In this document: in pieces, positions 1 through 12,825 of the stretch
Numbering within the stretch: the stretch's first letter is position 1
How the letters are laid out: each line of letters starts with the position of its first letter
NCBI GenBank assembly: GCA_050248855.1
Contig: JBFWRP010000004.1
Location: forward strand, 96,001 to 160,000
Direction of reading: 5' to 3'
Source: Planctomycetota bacterium
Lineage (GTDB): Bacteria > Planctomycetota > PLA2 > JAEUHO01
DNA length: 64,000 nt
Position numbers and translations under genes: made by a program
The notes under the pieces: model-generated
What the model saw: the letters and a program-made list of their open reading frames with translations, nothing else
Database searches by the model: none
Told to the model about the DNA's origin: nothing

Positions 1-486
1 CTGCTCGTCTACCAGTGGCACCGCAAGGACCCGGTGTTCCTGGCAGGCTTCCTCGTGAACCTGGCGATCTACGTCCGCAACCTGATCTTGCTGTCGCGCG
101 AGGGCAAGGTCGCGCCGAAGGGCCGCAGCCCATGGCCGCCGCTGGTGCTGGGCCTCGTGGGCTTCGCCATCCTGGCCGCGGCGGCTCGCGACAAGCTGGC
201 CTTCGACACGGATCCCTTCTGGCTCGCCTTCGGCTTCCTCTTCCAGGCGATCTGGAGCAGCCGCTTCGTCGTGCAGTGGATCTTGAGCGAGCGCCGGGGA
301 CGCAGCCACCTGCCGGCGTCCTTCTTCTGGCTGAGCCTGGTCGGGTCGGTCGGCCTGTTCGCCTACGCCGTGCACCAGATCGACTGGGTCATGATGTTCG
401 CCATGGTCCTGAACCCGATTCCCTACGTCCGCAACCTGATGCTGATGCACCGGGCCAAGCGCGCCTCCGGGGCCTCGGACGCATGA
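1..486 (+). CDS. Lipid A biosynthesis N-terminal (LAB_N)-type small membrane protein, 5' partial
   Basis: Frame is open from base 1 (LLVYQWHRKDPVFLAG...). Contains RFVVQWILSERRGRSHLPASFFWLSLVG and two YVRNL motifs, as in tandem LAB_N units. Stop overlaps the next ATG (ATGA 483-486). Confidence 0.8.
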   Translation: MLVYQWHRKDPVFLAGFLVNLAIYVRNLILLSREGKVAPKGRSPWPPLVLGLVGFAILAAAARDKLAFDTDPFWLAFGFLFQAIWSSRFVVQWILSERRGRSHLPASFFWLSLVGSVGLFAYAVHQIDWVMMFAMVLNPIPYVRNLMLMHRAKRASGASDA

Positions 487-2138
487 CATCTCCCGAGGGC
501 CTGCTCGACCCGCTCGACGGATGGGGCTACGGGCGGCGCAGCACGCTCCTGTTCGTTGCCTTCGTCGTGGGCGTCGCGCTCTACGACCTGGGCAGTCGCA
601 GCCTCCACGTCCATGACACCGCGCGCTGGGGCCTCCTCGCCCGCGAGATGGTGCAGGGCGGCGAGTGGCTCGTCCCCCACCGCTACGGCGAGCTCTACGT
701 GAACAAGCCGCCGCTCTACCTGTGGCTGGTCGCCGCCCCGTCGGCACTGCTCGGCGAGGTCACGCCGTTCTTCGTGCGCCTCCCCAGCGCGATCGGCCTG
801 GTCCTGTTGGTGCTGGGCACCGCGGCGTGGGGACGCCTGCGCCTCGGGTCAGCGAAGGCCGCGCGCTTCGCCGCGCTGCTCGCACTGGCCACGCCGTCGG
901 TGCTGTGGCTGGGCCGGGAGGGCCGGCTCGACATGCTCGGGAGCGGACTCGCCGTGGTGGGCGCTTGGCAGGTCGACCTCGCGGCCAGCGGGCGCGGCAC
1001 GCGGCGCACCCCATGGGTCGCAGGGCTCCTGCTGGGTCTTGCGCTGCTCGTCAAGGGGCCGCCGCTCCTGCTGGCGCCGGTTCTCGCGGCGTGCCTGCCC
1101 TTCCCGGGCCAGCCCGTGCGGGCACGCTGGCGGACGAGCCGGCCGTGGATCGTGCTGCCCGTCGCCGTGGCCGTGGCGCTCCTCTGGTTCGTGCCCGCCG
1201 TCCTCCAGGCCGGCTGGCAGGCCTACGGACAGCCCTTGCTCGTCGGCCAGGCCGCGGACCGCCTCGCCGGCGAGAGCACGCACACGCACGGCGCGCTCTA
1301 CTACCTCGGCGCCATCGCGGAGGGCATGGGCCCGTTCGGCGTGGCCTACCTGGCGCTGGGCCTCTTCGCCTTCACGCCGCGGGGTCGGCGCCTGCTCGGC
1401 CAAGGCGCCGGTCCGGCGCGCCTGTTCCTCGTCGGTGTGCTGCTGTTCGCGCTGGTGCCGACCAAGCACGTGCGCTACCTCGCCCCCCTGGTTCCGTTCG
1501 GCGCGCTGGGCCTGGCCTCCGCGCTGCTGGCGTGGCGCGGCGAGCGTGGGCTCCTCATGTGGAAACGCTTGGCCTGGGTCGGCACGGTGGCCCTGCTGCT
1601 GGTCGCGCCGCTCCTGATGACGTGGGGCACGCAGGCGCGCTACGGCCACGGCGCTCCCGTGGTCGTGCCCGCCGCGGCCCTGCTGCTGTTCGCGGCGGCG
1701 AGCCTCGCCGCGCTGCGCCGAGGCGCCCTCGCACCCGACGTCGTGGCCCGTGCCGGACTGGCTGTCGGCGTCACCTTGTTCCTCGTGGCCGGCCTGGCCC
1801 TCAGGTCGCGCTGGTTCACGACCGACAAGGAGCAGCTGGTCGAGGCGATCCGGGCCGCCCGCACCGAGGGCGACCGCGTCGTCACGGTGCACGGCACGAC
1901 ACCCGAGACGATCTTCCACGCGGCCGAGCAGGCCGCGTGCGTGCCCGACCCCCGCGACGTGCCCTGGGACGGACACCCAGGTGCGTGGATCGTCCTCGCC
2001 CGCGCCGAGCGGATCGCCGAGGTCGAGGCGGCCGCGGGTCGTCCTGCCGTCCTCGTGGCCGAGCGCCCGGACGCACACGAGGTCGCCCTTCGGCTCGCGG
2101 CGCTCCCGGGCGATGATGGCCGGTCCCGAGGAGACTGA
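483..2138 (+). CDS. ArnT/PMT_2-family (GT-C) polyprenyl-phosphate-sugar glycosyltransferase
   Basis: Many TM helices. Motifs AREMVQGGEWLVPH, YVNKPPLYLWL, RLPSA, GRLDM, LVKGP and KHVRYLAPL resemble ArnT-like proteins. Confidence 0.85.
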   Translation: MTSPEGLLDPLDGWGYGRRSTLLFVAFVVGVALYDLGSRSLHVHDTARWGLLAREMVQGGEWLVPHRYGELYVNKPPLYLWLVAAPSALLGEVTPFFVRLPSAIGLVLLVLGTAAWGRLRLGSAKAARFAALLALATPSVLWLGREGRLDMLGSGLAVVGAWQVDLAASGRGTRRTPWVAGLLLGLALLVKGPPLLLAPVLAACLPFPGQPVRARWRTSRPWIVLPVAVAVALLWFVPAVLQAGWQAYGQPLLVGQAADRLAGESTHTHGALYYLGAIAEGMGPFGVAYLALGLFAFTPRGRRLLGQGAGPARLFLVGVLLFALVPTKHVRYLAPLVPFGALGLASALLAWRGERGLLMWKRLAWVGTVALLLVAPLLMTWGTQARYGHGAPVVVPAAALLLFAAASLAALRRGALAPDVVARAGLAVGVTLFLVAGLALRSRWFTTDKEQLVEAIRAARTEGDRVVTVHGTTPETIFHAAEQAACVPDPRDVPWDGHPGAWIVLARAERIAEVEAAAGRPAVLVAERPDAHEVALRLAALPGDDGRSRGD

Positions 2139-2147
2139 CCGGGCCCC

Positions 2148-3089
2148 ATGCACGTTCTCGTCACCGGCGCCGCCGGGTTCATCGGATCGCACCTGACGGA
2201 TCGGCTGCTGGCCGAGGGCGCCGCGGTCACGGGGATCGACGACTTCGATCCCTACTACGACCGCGCGCTCAAGGAGCGCAACCTGGAAGGCGCCCGCGCG
2301 CAGCGCGGGTTCCGCTTCGTCGAAGCCGACATCAACCGGGCAGACCTGGACGACGTGCTGCGCGGCGTCGACCGCGTGGTGCACCTCGCCGCCAAGGCCG
2401 GCGTGCGCGGGTCGTGGGGAACGAGCTTCGACAGCTACCTCGACGCGAACGTGCGGACCACCCAGCGCTTGCTCGAAGCCTGCCGCCGCCACCCCGTCGG
2501 CCTCTTCCTCTACGGCGGCAGCGCCAGCGTCTACGGCGACGAGGCGCTCGAGCCCGTGGACGAGAGCTACGTCGGCACCCCGCACAGCCCCTACGGTCTC
2601 ACCAAGTGGGCGGCGGAGAGGCTGGCGTTCACCTACCGGGCGGTCTTCGGCATCCCCGCGGCCGCGGCCCGCATCTTCTCGTGCTACGGCCCGCGCGAAC
2701 GCCCGGACAAGGCGATCCAGATCTTCCTCACGGCGGCCCGCGACGGGCAGCCGATCACCGTGCATGGCGACGGCTCGCAGCTACGCGACTTCACGTACGT
2801 CGGCGACGTGGTCGACGGCCTCGTGCGTGCGCTCGAGCGCAGGCCGGACGGGGCCGTGTTCAACCTGGCGCGCGGTGCCACGCGGCCCCTCGCGGACGTG
2901 CTCGGCGTGATCCGGAGCGTCACGGGTCGCGACCTCGAGGTCCGCTACGGGCCGCGCCAGGACGGCGACGTGCGCGTCACGGCCGGCGTCATCGAGCGGG
3001 CCCGGGCGCTGCTCGGGTACGACCCGCGCGTCGATCTCGAGGAGGGCATTGCCCGGCAGTGGGCGCTGGTCGCCGGCGAACAGGGTTAG
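2148..3089 (+). CDS. NAD-dependent epimerase/dehydratase (UDP-glucuronate 4-epimerase-like extended SDR)
   Basis: TGAAGFIGSH Rossmann motif, HLAAKAGVR, YGLTK (YxxxK), YGPRERPD, RDFTYVGD. GAGGAG SD upstream. Confidence 0.85.
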   Translation: MHVLVTGAAGFIGSHLTDRLLAEGAAVTGIDDFDPYYDRALKERNLEGARAQRGFRFVEADINRADLDDVLRGVDRVVHLAAKAGVRGSWGTSFDSYLDANVRTTQRLLEACRRHPVGLFLYGGSASVYGDEALEPVDESYVGTPHSPYGLTKWAAERLAFTYRAVFGIPAAAARIFSCYGPRERPDKAIQIFLTAARDGQPITVHGDGSQLRDFTYVGDVVDGLVRALERRPDGAVFNLARGATRPLADVLGVIRSVTGRDLEVRYGPRQDGDVRVTAGVIERARALLGYDPRVDLEEGIARQWALVAGEQG

Positions 3090-3266
3090 GGCCCGTCCGG
3101 AAACAAGTCTCAAGTTTCGCGCCCAGGCTTGCGTCAGATTCGCCGGCGACGACCGAGCGAATCCGCAGGCGCAGTCTGTTTGCGTTGAGGAATTCGCGAC
3201 GGAGGAGCCGCCGAAGATGGCGTGAGAATGGGATGCGAAAGTGAGAGTTGTTGACGGACGGGCCCT
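3088..3266. mobile_element. MITE-like / REP-like 179-bp palindromic element with terminal inverted repeats
   Basis: Left end agggcccgtccggaaacaagtctca (3088-3112) matches the reverse complement of 3242-3266 at 22/25 positions. The whole element is an imperfect palindrome centred on GTCTGTT (3174-3180). It sits between convergent genes and has no credible ORF. Confidence 0.7.
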
Positions 3267-3282
3267 TGGCCCGGGCCGACGT

Positions 3283-4791
3283 CTACTCCAGGACGAGGTC
3301 GGTCCAGGGCATCTCGATGGCCCGGTAGGCGGAGTCGCAGCGTCCCGTGGGCGAAGCCCGGAAGGCCACCGTGCCGTTGTCGCGCACGAGCAGGACGTGC
3401 GCGGAGCCACCGTCCACGGGACCCGACGACGCGACCAGCACATCGTGGGCTCGCGTGCGGTAGGCGCTCGAACAGAACGCCGAGTAGTCCTCGAGGTCCA
3501 GCTCGAACACCCAGTCCTCCGTCGCCGTACGGGCGACGGGGTCGATCACGTACTCGACCACGCGGCTCACGACGCGCGTGTCGCCGATGTCGGGCAGGAT
3601 GATGTGGCCGCGCCCGTTGTCGAAGCACATGAGGCGGGACCCGTCGTCGGAGATGGACAGGGCGTGCTGCCCGATCGGGGGCAGGCCGTTGACGGTCAGG
3701 GCCAAGGGCGCCAGGCTGTTCGGGAAGCCCTGGAACCAGAGCTTGTCCGGGTTGCCCAAGATCCAGCGGATGGCGCCCGTCGCGTAGTCGACCTTGATGA
3801 CGAAGTTCTCGCGGCTCGAGGCGATCACGCTGTCGTCCGACGCGTCGTACACGGCGCTGTTCATGTGGAACCAGTCGACACCGGGTTGCACGAACGGCGT
3901 GGGATCCTCGCCCTCCGCGATGATGGCGCCCGCGACGATGTGGTCGAAGTCCCACACCCGCAGCAGCTCGCCCTCGCGCGTCATCTCGGCGATGACGGAC
4001 TCGGGGCGCATGTAGATGCCGTCGTCCCAGGTCACCGTGTTGAGGATGCCGTGCTTGCCCGGCTCGAGGTTGTGATGGGAGAGCAGGCAGCGGGCATCCT
4101 GCATCTGGCCGTTGACGCGGTTGCCGATCCAGTCGACCTGGTGGAACGCGTTGCTGAACAGCGAGCCGACGACGAGGCCGTCCGCCGTAACGAGGAAGGG
4201 GAACACGGGCTCGCCGAAGTCGGGCGCACACCAGCGCACCGCACCGTCCGTGTCGACGACGATCGGAGGCGTCGCACCCTGGGCCGCGAAGTAGTCCAGC
4301 GTCAGGTCCGGGTCGGCCTGGTCCACGACCCACGGGAGGATGCCTGGCACCTCCGCGGGCGTCTCGATGACGAGCGACGTCGAGGTGGTGCCCTGCCCCA
4401 CGATGCCGATGTCGATCTCGACGTCGTTCATGGCCGAGGCGTACAGTCCGAACACGGGGATCACGGCGTGCCCGGCAAGGCGCGTGAACGCACCGTGGCG
4501 CTCCAGCCAGGAGCGCTCGAAGCGGACGACCACGTCGCGTGCGCGGGCGCCCGGAGCGGACCGCACGCGGAAGGTGATGTGCTCGACGGTTTGCGGGTCG
4601 GTGACCGGCAGGTCCACTTCCGCGGCGTGGGGCATCGGGCCGGGCAGGACGCGCGGCTGCTCGATGATGCTCGGAGCGATCTCGCCACCACACGCTGCAA
4701 GCAGGGCCAAGCCGGCGTACGCAAGCAAGCCGCGCGCGACGCGGCGCGCGGCGCGGCGTCCCCCTGCGACTGGTTCCTCGATGCTCGACAT
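3283..4791 (-). CDS. Arylsulfate sulfotransferase (ASST) family lipoprotein
   Basis: Lipobox LLAAC. Motifs LSHH, DWFHMNS, ASSRE, GQHA and FDNG correspond to the ASST His/Arg motifs and beta-propeller. ATG at 4791 has a GGAG SD. Confidence 0.8.
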   Translation of the reverse strand: MSSIEEPVAGGRRAARRVARGLLAYAGLALLAACGGEIAPSIIEQPRVLPGPMPHAAEVDLPVTDPQTVEHITFRVRSAPGARARDVVVRFERSWLERHGAFTRLAGHAVIPVFGLYASAMNDVEIDIGIVGQGTTSTSLVIETPAEVPGILPWVVDQADPDLTLDYFAAQGATPPIVVDTDGAVRWCAPDFGEPVFPFLVTADGLVVGSLFSNAFHQVDWIGNRVNGQMQDARCLLSHHNLEPGKHGILNTVTWDDGIYMRPESVIAEMTREGELLRVWDFDHIVAGAIIAEGEDPTPFVQPGVDWFHMNSAVYDASDDSVIASSRENFVIKVDYATGAIRWILGNPDKLWFQGFPNSLAPLALTVNGLPPIGQHALSISDDGSRLMCFDNGRGHIILPDIGDTRVVSRVVEYVIDPVARTATEDWVFELDLEDYSAFCSSAYRTRAHDVLVASSGPVDGGSAHVLLVRDNGTVAFRASPTGRCDSAYRAIEMPWTDLVLE

Positions 4792-5180
4792 GTGCGTGCT
4801 CCGCCCCAGGCGACACGCTCTTTGTCGCACCGTGCGCAGGCTGGCGAGAGCCCGGATTGCAGCGTTTTGGCAGCCTTGGGGCCAACGTCGCGACAACCAC
4901 GATTCCACCTGCGGAGGCGCGGTTGCGACGTGCGTTCACGAGCTGCGCGACATGCAGGCGCACAGGTGGCAAGCAGGTTCACACCACCCGTCGCAAGCAC
5001 GCGAAAGGCCCGCCATCGAGTTCGCGCGTGCGTACCCGCTTGCGATGCGTGGGGACCCTTCCAGCACATGTCCGTGCCTGCGATCCCAGGTGTGCGATGC
5101 CGCACGCTCCGTCTCGCGGGCGGCAACCGCGCTTCCATGCCGCCGCGCGATGCGCGGGGCCCGCATTCCGACCGCCTTCG

Positions 5181-5591
5181 TCAGCTTTCGGGGCCCATCA
5201 TGCGCTTGCCTTCCTGGTCCGCGCCCACGATGGCGCCGAGCGCGCCCCAGACGACGCACGCGAGCAGCGCGTAGGGGGCCGCGACGCCGCGTCCGGCGAG
5301 GGCCACGAGGACCAACCCGGCAGCGACGGTCGAGAGCGAGGCCTCGGCCACGCCCGGTCGGCGCAGCGCGACCACGAGTCCGTATGCGGCGTACACGGGC
5401 ACCTGCCACCACGTCCACGCGATGCCGGACGGGATCACGAGGCCGTTGAAGAGGATCATGCCGATCACCGCGCCGATCACGTTCAGTCGCACGCGCCGCA
5501 GACGATGCGGGGCGTTCCAGGCCCAGCGCGCCTCTTGTGCGACGTTCTGCTGGTGCAGCTTGTCGAGCTCGGCCTGGGGCAGGACGCGCAT
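5181..5591 (-). CDS. Hypothetical small membrane protein
   Basis: About 4 hydrophobic segments and GC3-biased codons. Start uncertain (could extend to 5672). Confidence 0.6.
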   Translation of the reverse strand: MRVLPQAELDKLHQQNVAQEARWAWNAPHRLRRVRLNVIGAVIGMILFNGLVIPSGIAWTWWQVPVYAAYGLVVALRRPGVAEASLSTVAAGLVLVALAGRGVAAPYALLACVVWGALGAIVGADQEGKRMMGPES

Positions 5592-5727
5592 GCCGTAGGT
5601 GACGGGACGCTCGAGCCCCACGCGGTCGTGGCGCTTCGGGGTCCAGGCAGGGGGCTCACGACGCGAGCGCACGAGCCCCTATCGGCCAGGGAGTGGGCCC
5701 CACCCAAGGCGAAGGCAGGATGGTGGC

Positions 5728-8373
5728 ATGACGTGGCACGCGCTTCCGGCCGAGACCGCCTGCACGCGTCTCCGCGTGGACCCCGAGCGCGGTCTCTCCG
5801 AGCAGGAGGCCGCGGCCCGGCACGCGGAGCAGGGCCCCAACCGCCTGGTCGAGGCCCCGCCTCCGCCCTGGTGGACGGGTCTCGTGCGTCAACTGAAGAG
5901 CGTGCTCGTGGGCATCCTCGCCGTCGCCGCCGTGCTCGCCTTCGTCCTCGGGGAGCCGCTCGACGGCGCCGTCATCCTGGGCATCCTCCTCGTGAACGCG
6001 CTGCTCGGCTTCCTGCAGGAGCGCCGCGCCGAGGCGGCGATCCGCGCGCTGGCCAGCCTGTTGGCGCCGACCGCCAGCGTCCGTCGCGAAGGCCGGGTGC
6101 GGAGCCTCCCCGCCGCCGAGCTGGTGCCCGGCGACATCGTGCGCGTCGAGACCGGCGACCGCGTGCCTGCGGACCTGCGCGTCCTCCACGGTACGGAGCT
6201 GCGGGCCGACGAGGCAGCGCTCACCGGCGAGTCGGCGTCGGTCGCCAAGCAGGTGGAGCCGGTCGCAAAGGACGCGGACCTCGCCGTGCAGTCTTCGTGC
6301 GTGTGGTCGGGCACCACGATCGTGAACGGGCACGGCGAGGGCGTCGTCATCGCCACGGGCATGGCGACGCAGTTCGGTCGCATCGCCGCGCTGACCAGCA
6401 CCGTCCAGACCGGGGGCACGGTGCTCGAAGCACGCATGGCCTCGCTGGGTCGCCTGCTCGGCCTGCTGGGCCTTGCCGCAGCGGCGGTCGTCGTGGTGCT
6501 GGGGCTCCTGCATGGCGAGGGCGCCACGACCATCCTCATGACCGGACTGGCGCTGGCCGTGGCCGTCGTGCCCGAGGGACTGCCCGCGGTGGTCACGATC
6601 ACCTTGGCCCTCGGCGTGCGTCGCATGGCGGCGCGCGGCGCGCTGCCGCGCCGCCTGGCCGCCATCGAGACGCTGGGCTCGGCCACGGCCATCGTCACCG
6701 ACAAGACGGGCACGTTGACGGCCGGCGAGATGACGGTGCGCACCGTGTGGACGCCCGCGGCGATCTACCACGTCGAGGGCTTGGGCTACGCGCCCACCGG
6801 TACGTGGCAGCGCGAGCTCGCGGGCGACGCGGGGCGTGAGCCCGTGACGGCCGAGACGGCGCCGGACCTCGTGGCGCTCCTCGATGCGGCCGAGCGCAGC
6901 AGCCGCGCGACGCTGCAGCACGTGGACGGGACCTGGCAGGCCGTCGGCGAGCCGACGGAAGCGGCTCTCGTCGTCGCTGCGCGCAAGCTGGGCCTGACGG
7001 CGCCCGAGGACGCACCGCTGCTCGAGCTGCCCTTCACGTCCGCGCGTCGACGCGCGTCGGCGCTGCATGCCGACGGCACGACGCGGCGGCTCTCGCTCAA
7101 GGGGGCCCCCGAGGTCGTCCTGGACTTGGTGGCAGCCGAACCGGGCGACGACGCGCTCGAGGCCGCGCGCCGCGCCTACCGCTCGTTTGCCGGGCGGGGC
7201 TTGCGCACGCTGGCCGTGGCCCGCCGCATCCTCCCGGACGACGCGCCGGCGGACCCGGCGGCGCTGGAGCGCGACCTGCGACTGCTGGGGTTGGTCGCCA
7301 TCCAGGACCCGCCGCGCGCCGGCGCGGCCGATGCCGTGCGGGAAGCGGGCGAGGCGGGCATCCAGGTGCTGATGGCGACCGGCGACGCCCCCGAGACCGC
7401 ACTGGCCATCGCGCACGAGGTCGGCCTGCCCGCCACGCACGCCCTGCTCGGCCGCGACGTCGAGGCCGCGGACGACGCCACGCTGGATGCCAAGCTGCGC
7501 GGCCCGGTCGTGCTGGCGCGGGCCACGCCCGAGCAGAAGCTGCGCGTGGTGCGCTGCCTCGAAGCACGCGGCGAGGTCGTCGCCATGACCGGGGACGGCG
7601 TCAACGACGCGCCCGCGCTCAAGGAAGCCGACGTGGGCGTGGCCATGGGCCGGCGCGGCACGGATGTGGCCCGGGAAGCCAGTGACCTCGTGCTCGCCGA
7701 CGACGACTTCTCGACGCTCGTGCACGCCGTCGAAGAGGGGCGGCGCGAGCTGGAGAACATCCGCAAGTTCGTCGGCTACCTGCTCGGCAGCAACGTCGGC
7801 GAGGTCGTGGCCCTGCTCCTGGGCCTGCTGGTGGGTGGCCCCCTGCTGTTGCTTCCGGCGCAGATCCTCTGGGTCAACGTCGTCACGGACGCGCTGACGG
7901 CCATCGCCCTGGGCTTCGAACCGGCCGAACGCGACCTGATGCGCCGCCCGCCCCACCCACGCCACCGGCCTCTCCTGGACCGTTTCGACATCGGGCGCGT
8001 GCTCTTGAGCGGCGGCTGGATCGGCCTCGGCACGTGGTGGCTCTTCGACCGACACGGGGGATCGCTCGCCGAAGCGCGCACGGTCGCCTTCACGGCGCTC
8101 GTCATCCTGGAGCAGGTCAACCTGCTCGCGTGGCGCACGCTGCGCGTGCCCGTCAGCCAGGTCGGCTGGTGGGCCAACCCCTGGCTGCTGGTGGCGCTGC
8201 TCGGGGCCCTCGGCCTGCAGGTGCTCGCCGTGTACGCCCCACCCCTCCAGCACGTACTGGGCACCGTGCCGATCCCGGCGTCGGCGTGGTTGCTGGCGCT
8301 GGGCCTTGCCCTGCCCCTGTTCCTCGTGCCCGAGCTGGTCAAGATCCGGGGTGTCCGGAAGGCGGCCTCGTAG
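5728..8373 (+). CDS. Cation-transporting P-type ATPase (type IIA, Ca2+-ATPase-like)
   Basis: TGES, VPEGL, DKTGTLT, KGAPE, GDGVNDAPALK, SNVGE and LWVNVVTD motifs. ATG 5728 is preceded by CAGGAT-N6. Confidence 0.93.
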   Translation: MTWHALPAETACTRLRVDPERGLSEQEAAARHAEQGPNRLVEAPPPPWWTGLVRQLKSVLVGILAVAAVLAFVLGEPLDGAVILGILLVNALLGFLQERRAEAAIRALASLLAPTASVRREGRVRSLPAAELVPGDIVRVETGDRVPADLRVLHGTELRADEAALTGESASVAKQVEPVAKDADLAVQSSCVWSGTTIVNGHGEGVVIATGMATQFGRIAALTSTVQTGGTVLEARMASLGRLLGLLGLAAAAVVVVLGLLHGEGATTILMTGLALAVAVVPEGLPAVVTITLALGVRRMAARGALPRRLAAIETLGSATAIVTDKTGTLTAGEMTVRTVWTPAAIYHVEGLGYAPTGTWQRELAGDAGREPVTAETAPDLVALLDAAERSSRATLQHVDGTWQAVGEPTEAALVVAARKLGLTAPEDAPLLELPFTSARRRASALHADGTTRRLSLKGAPEVVLDLVAAEPGDDALEAARRAYRSFAGRGLRTLAVARRILPDDAPADPAALERDLRLLGLVAIQDPPRAGAADAVREAGEAGIQVLMATGDAPETALAIAHEVGLPATHALLGRDVEAADDATLDAKLRGPVVLARATPEQKLRVVRCLEARGEVVAMTGDGVNDAPALKEADVGVAMGRRGTDVAREASDLVLADDDFSTLVHAVEEGRRELENIRKFVGYLLGSNVGEVVALLLGLLVGGPLLLLPAQILWVNVVTDALTAIALGFEPAERDLMRRPPHPRHRPLLDRFDIGRVLLSGGWIGLGTWWLFDRHGGSLAEARTVAFTALVILEQVNLLAWRTLRVPVSQVGWWANPWLLVALLGALGLQVLAVYAPPLQHVLGTVPIPASAWLLALGLALPLFLVPELVKIRGVRKAAS

Positions 8374-8412
8374 GTTGTGGCCCCGGCGCCAGGCGGCGCC
8401 GGGAGCTTCCCC

Positions 8413-8757
8413 GTGGGTGCGATCTTCCGTACGTCGATCCTGTTGGCCCTGTCGAACACCGTCATGACGCTTGCCTGGTACGGGCACTTGCGCTGGTTCA
8501 AGGCCTGGCCCTGGGTCCTGGCCGCCCTCGCGTCCTGGGGCATCGCCTTCTTCGAGTACATGCTGCAAGTGCCCGCCAATCGCCTCGGGCACCAGACGAT
8601 GTCGATCGTCCAGCTCAAGGTGCTGCAAGAGGCGATCAGCCTGGCGGTGTTCGTGCCGGTCTCCGCGTGGGTCCTGAAGGAGCGCGTGGGCTGGGACTTC
8701 GCCCTGTCCGGCGTGTTCCTGGTGCTGGCCGTCGTCTTCGCCTTCCGCGGGCGCTAG
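8413..8757 (+). CDS. DMT superfamily small membrane protein (DMT_6-like)
   Basis: SNTVMTLAWYGHL, SWGIAFFEYMLQVPANRLG and QLKVLQEAISL family motifs. GTG 8413 with GGAG SD (alternative start 8377). Confidence 0.85.
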   Translation: MGAIFRTSILLALSNTVMTLAWYGHLRWFKAWPWVLAALASWGIAFFEYMLQVPANRLGHQTMSIVQLKVLQEAISLAVFVPVSAWVLKERVGWDFALSGVFLVLAVVFAFRGR

Positions 8758-9748
8758 CCCTGCGGCAGCGTGACGTTGCCCCCCGACAACACGACGGCCA
8801 CGGTCGTCCCCAGGTGGTCGGCCGCGTGGCCGGCCAGCGCCGCGAGCGACACGGCGCCGGAGGGCTCGACCACGAGCTTGACGCGTTCGGCGAGGAACCG
8901 CATCCACCTCAGCGTGTCCTCGTCCGGGACGCGACGGATGCCGGCCAGGTGCTTGCGCAAGATCGAGAACGTCCGTGCGGACAAGGAGGTCCGAAGCCCG
9001 TCGGCGATCGTGTCGGCCCGCCCGCCCGGCAAGGCCTCCACGCCCAGCAAGCGACCGGCCTCCAGCGAGCGGGCCGCATCGTCGGCGCCCGCGGGCTCGG
9101 CGCCGTACACGGCGACGGGTCCGCGCGTGCCCGTCGCCATCGCCGCGGCCACGGCCAAGCACGTTCCACTGGCCAGCCCACCGCCCCCCACCGGCACGTA
9201 GATCGCTTCCACGTCCGGCGCCTGCTCGAGGATCTCCGCGGCCACGCTCGCCTGCCCCGCGATCACCCGGACGTCGTCGTACGGATGGACGAAGGTCGCA
9301 CCCGTGGCGTCGGCGACGTGGGCGGCCGTCGCCTCGCGGTCGGCGACCGTGGGCGCGCAGCCGATCACCATGGCTCCGTACCCTTCGACGGCCGCGCGCT
9401 TCACGGGCGGCGCGTCGTGGGGCATCACGACCCAGCACGGGATGCCGCGCTCGCGGGCCGCGAACGCCAACGCCTGGGCGTGGTTGCCCGAGGAGTGCGT
9501 GAGCACACCGCGCGCAGCCTCCTCGTCGGACAACGCACGGACGGCGTTCGTGGCGCCGCGCGCCTTGAAGGCCCCCACCTTCTGGAGGTTCTCGCACTTC
9601 AGGACGACGCGGCAGCCCAGCGCTTCGTCGAGCGTCCGCGAGGTGAACAGGGGCGTCACGTGGACGCGGCCCGCGATGCGTGCCCGCGCTGCCTCCAGGT
9701 CGGCACCCGTCGGCACCGCGGGGCCCGGCTCCGGAAGGCGGTCCGTGA

Positions 9749-9758
<10 letters not shown>
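8754..9758 (-). CDS. PLP-dependent threonine/serine dehydratase or serine racemase-like enzyme
   Basis: KCENLQKVGAFKARGA (PLP Lys), HSSGNHAQA, PVGGGGL, VEPSGA, SGGNV. Start overlaps the guaA stop; exact start uncertain. Confidence 0.9.

Positions 9759-12825
<3,067 letters not shown>

Noticed and set aside
4870..4886. Sigma54-like GG-N10-GC motif upstream of the ASST gene
   Set aside because: The match to TGGCAC-N5-TTGC is weak, and such matches are frequent by chance in GC-rich DNA.
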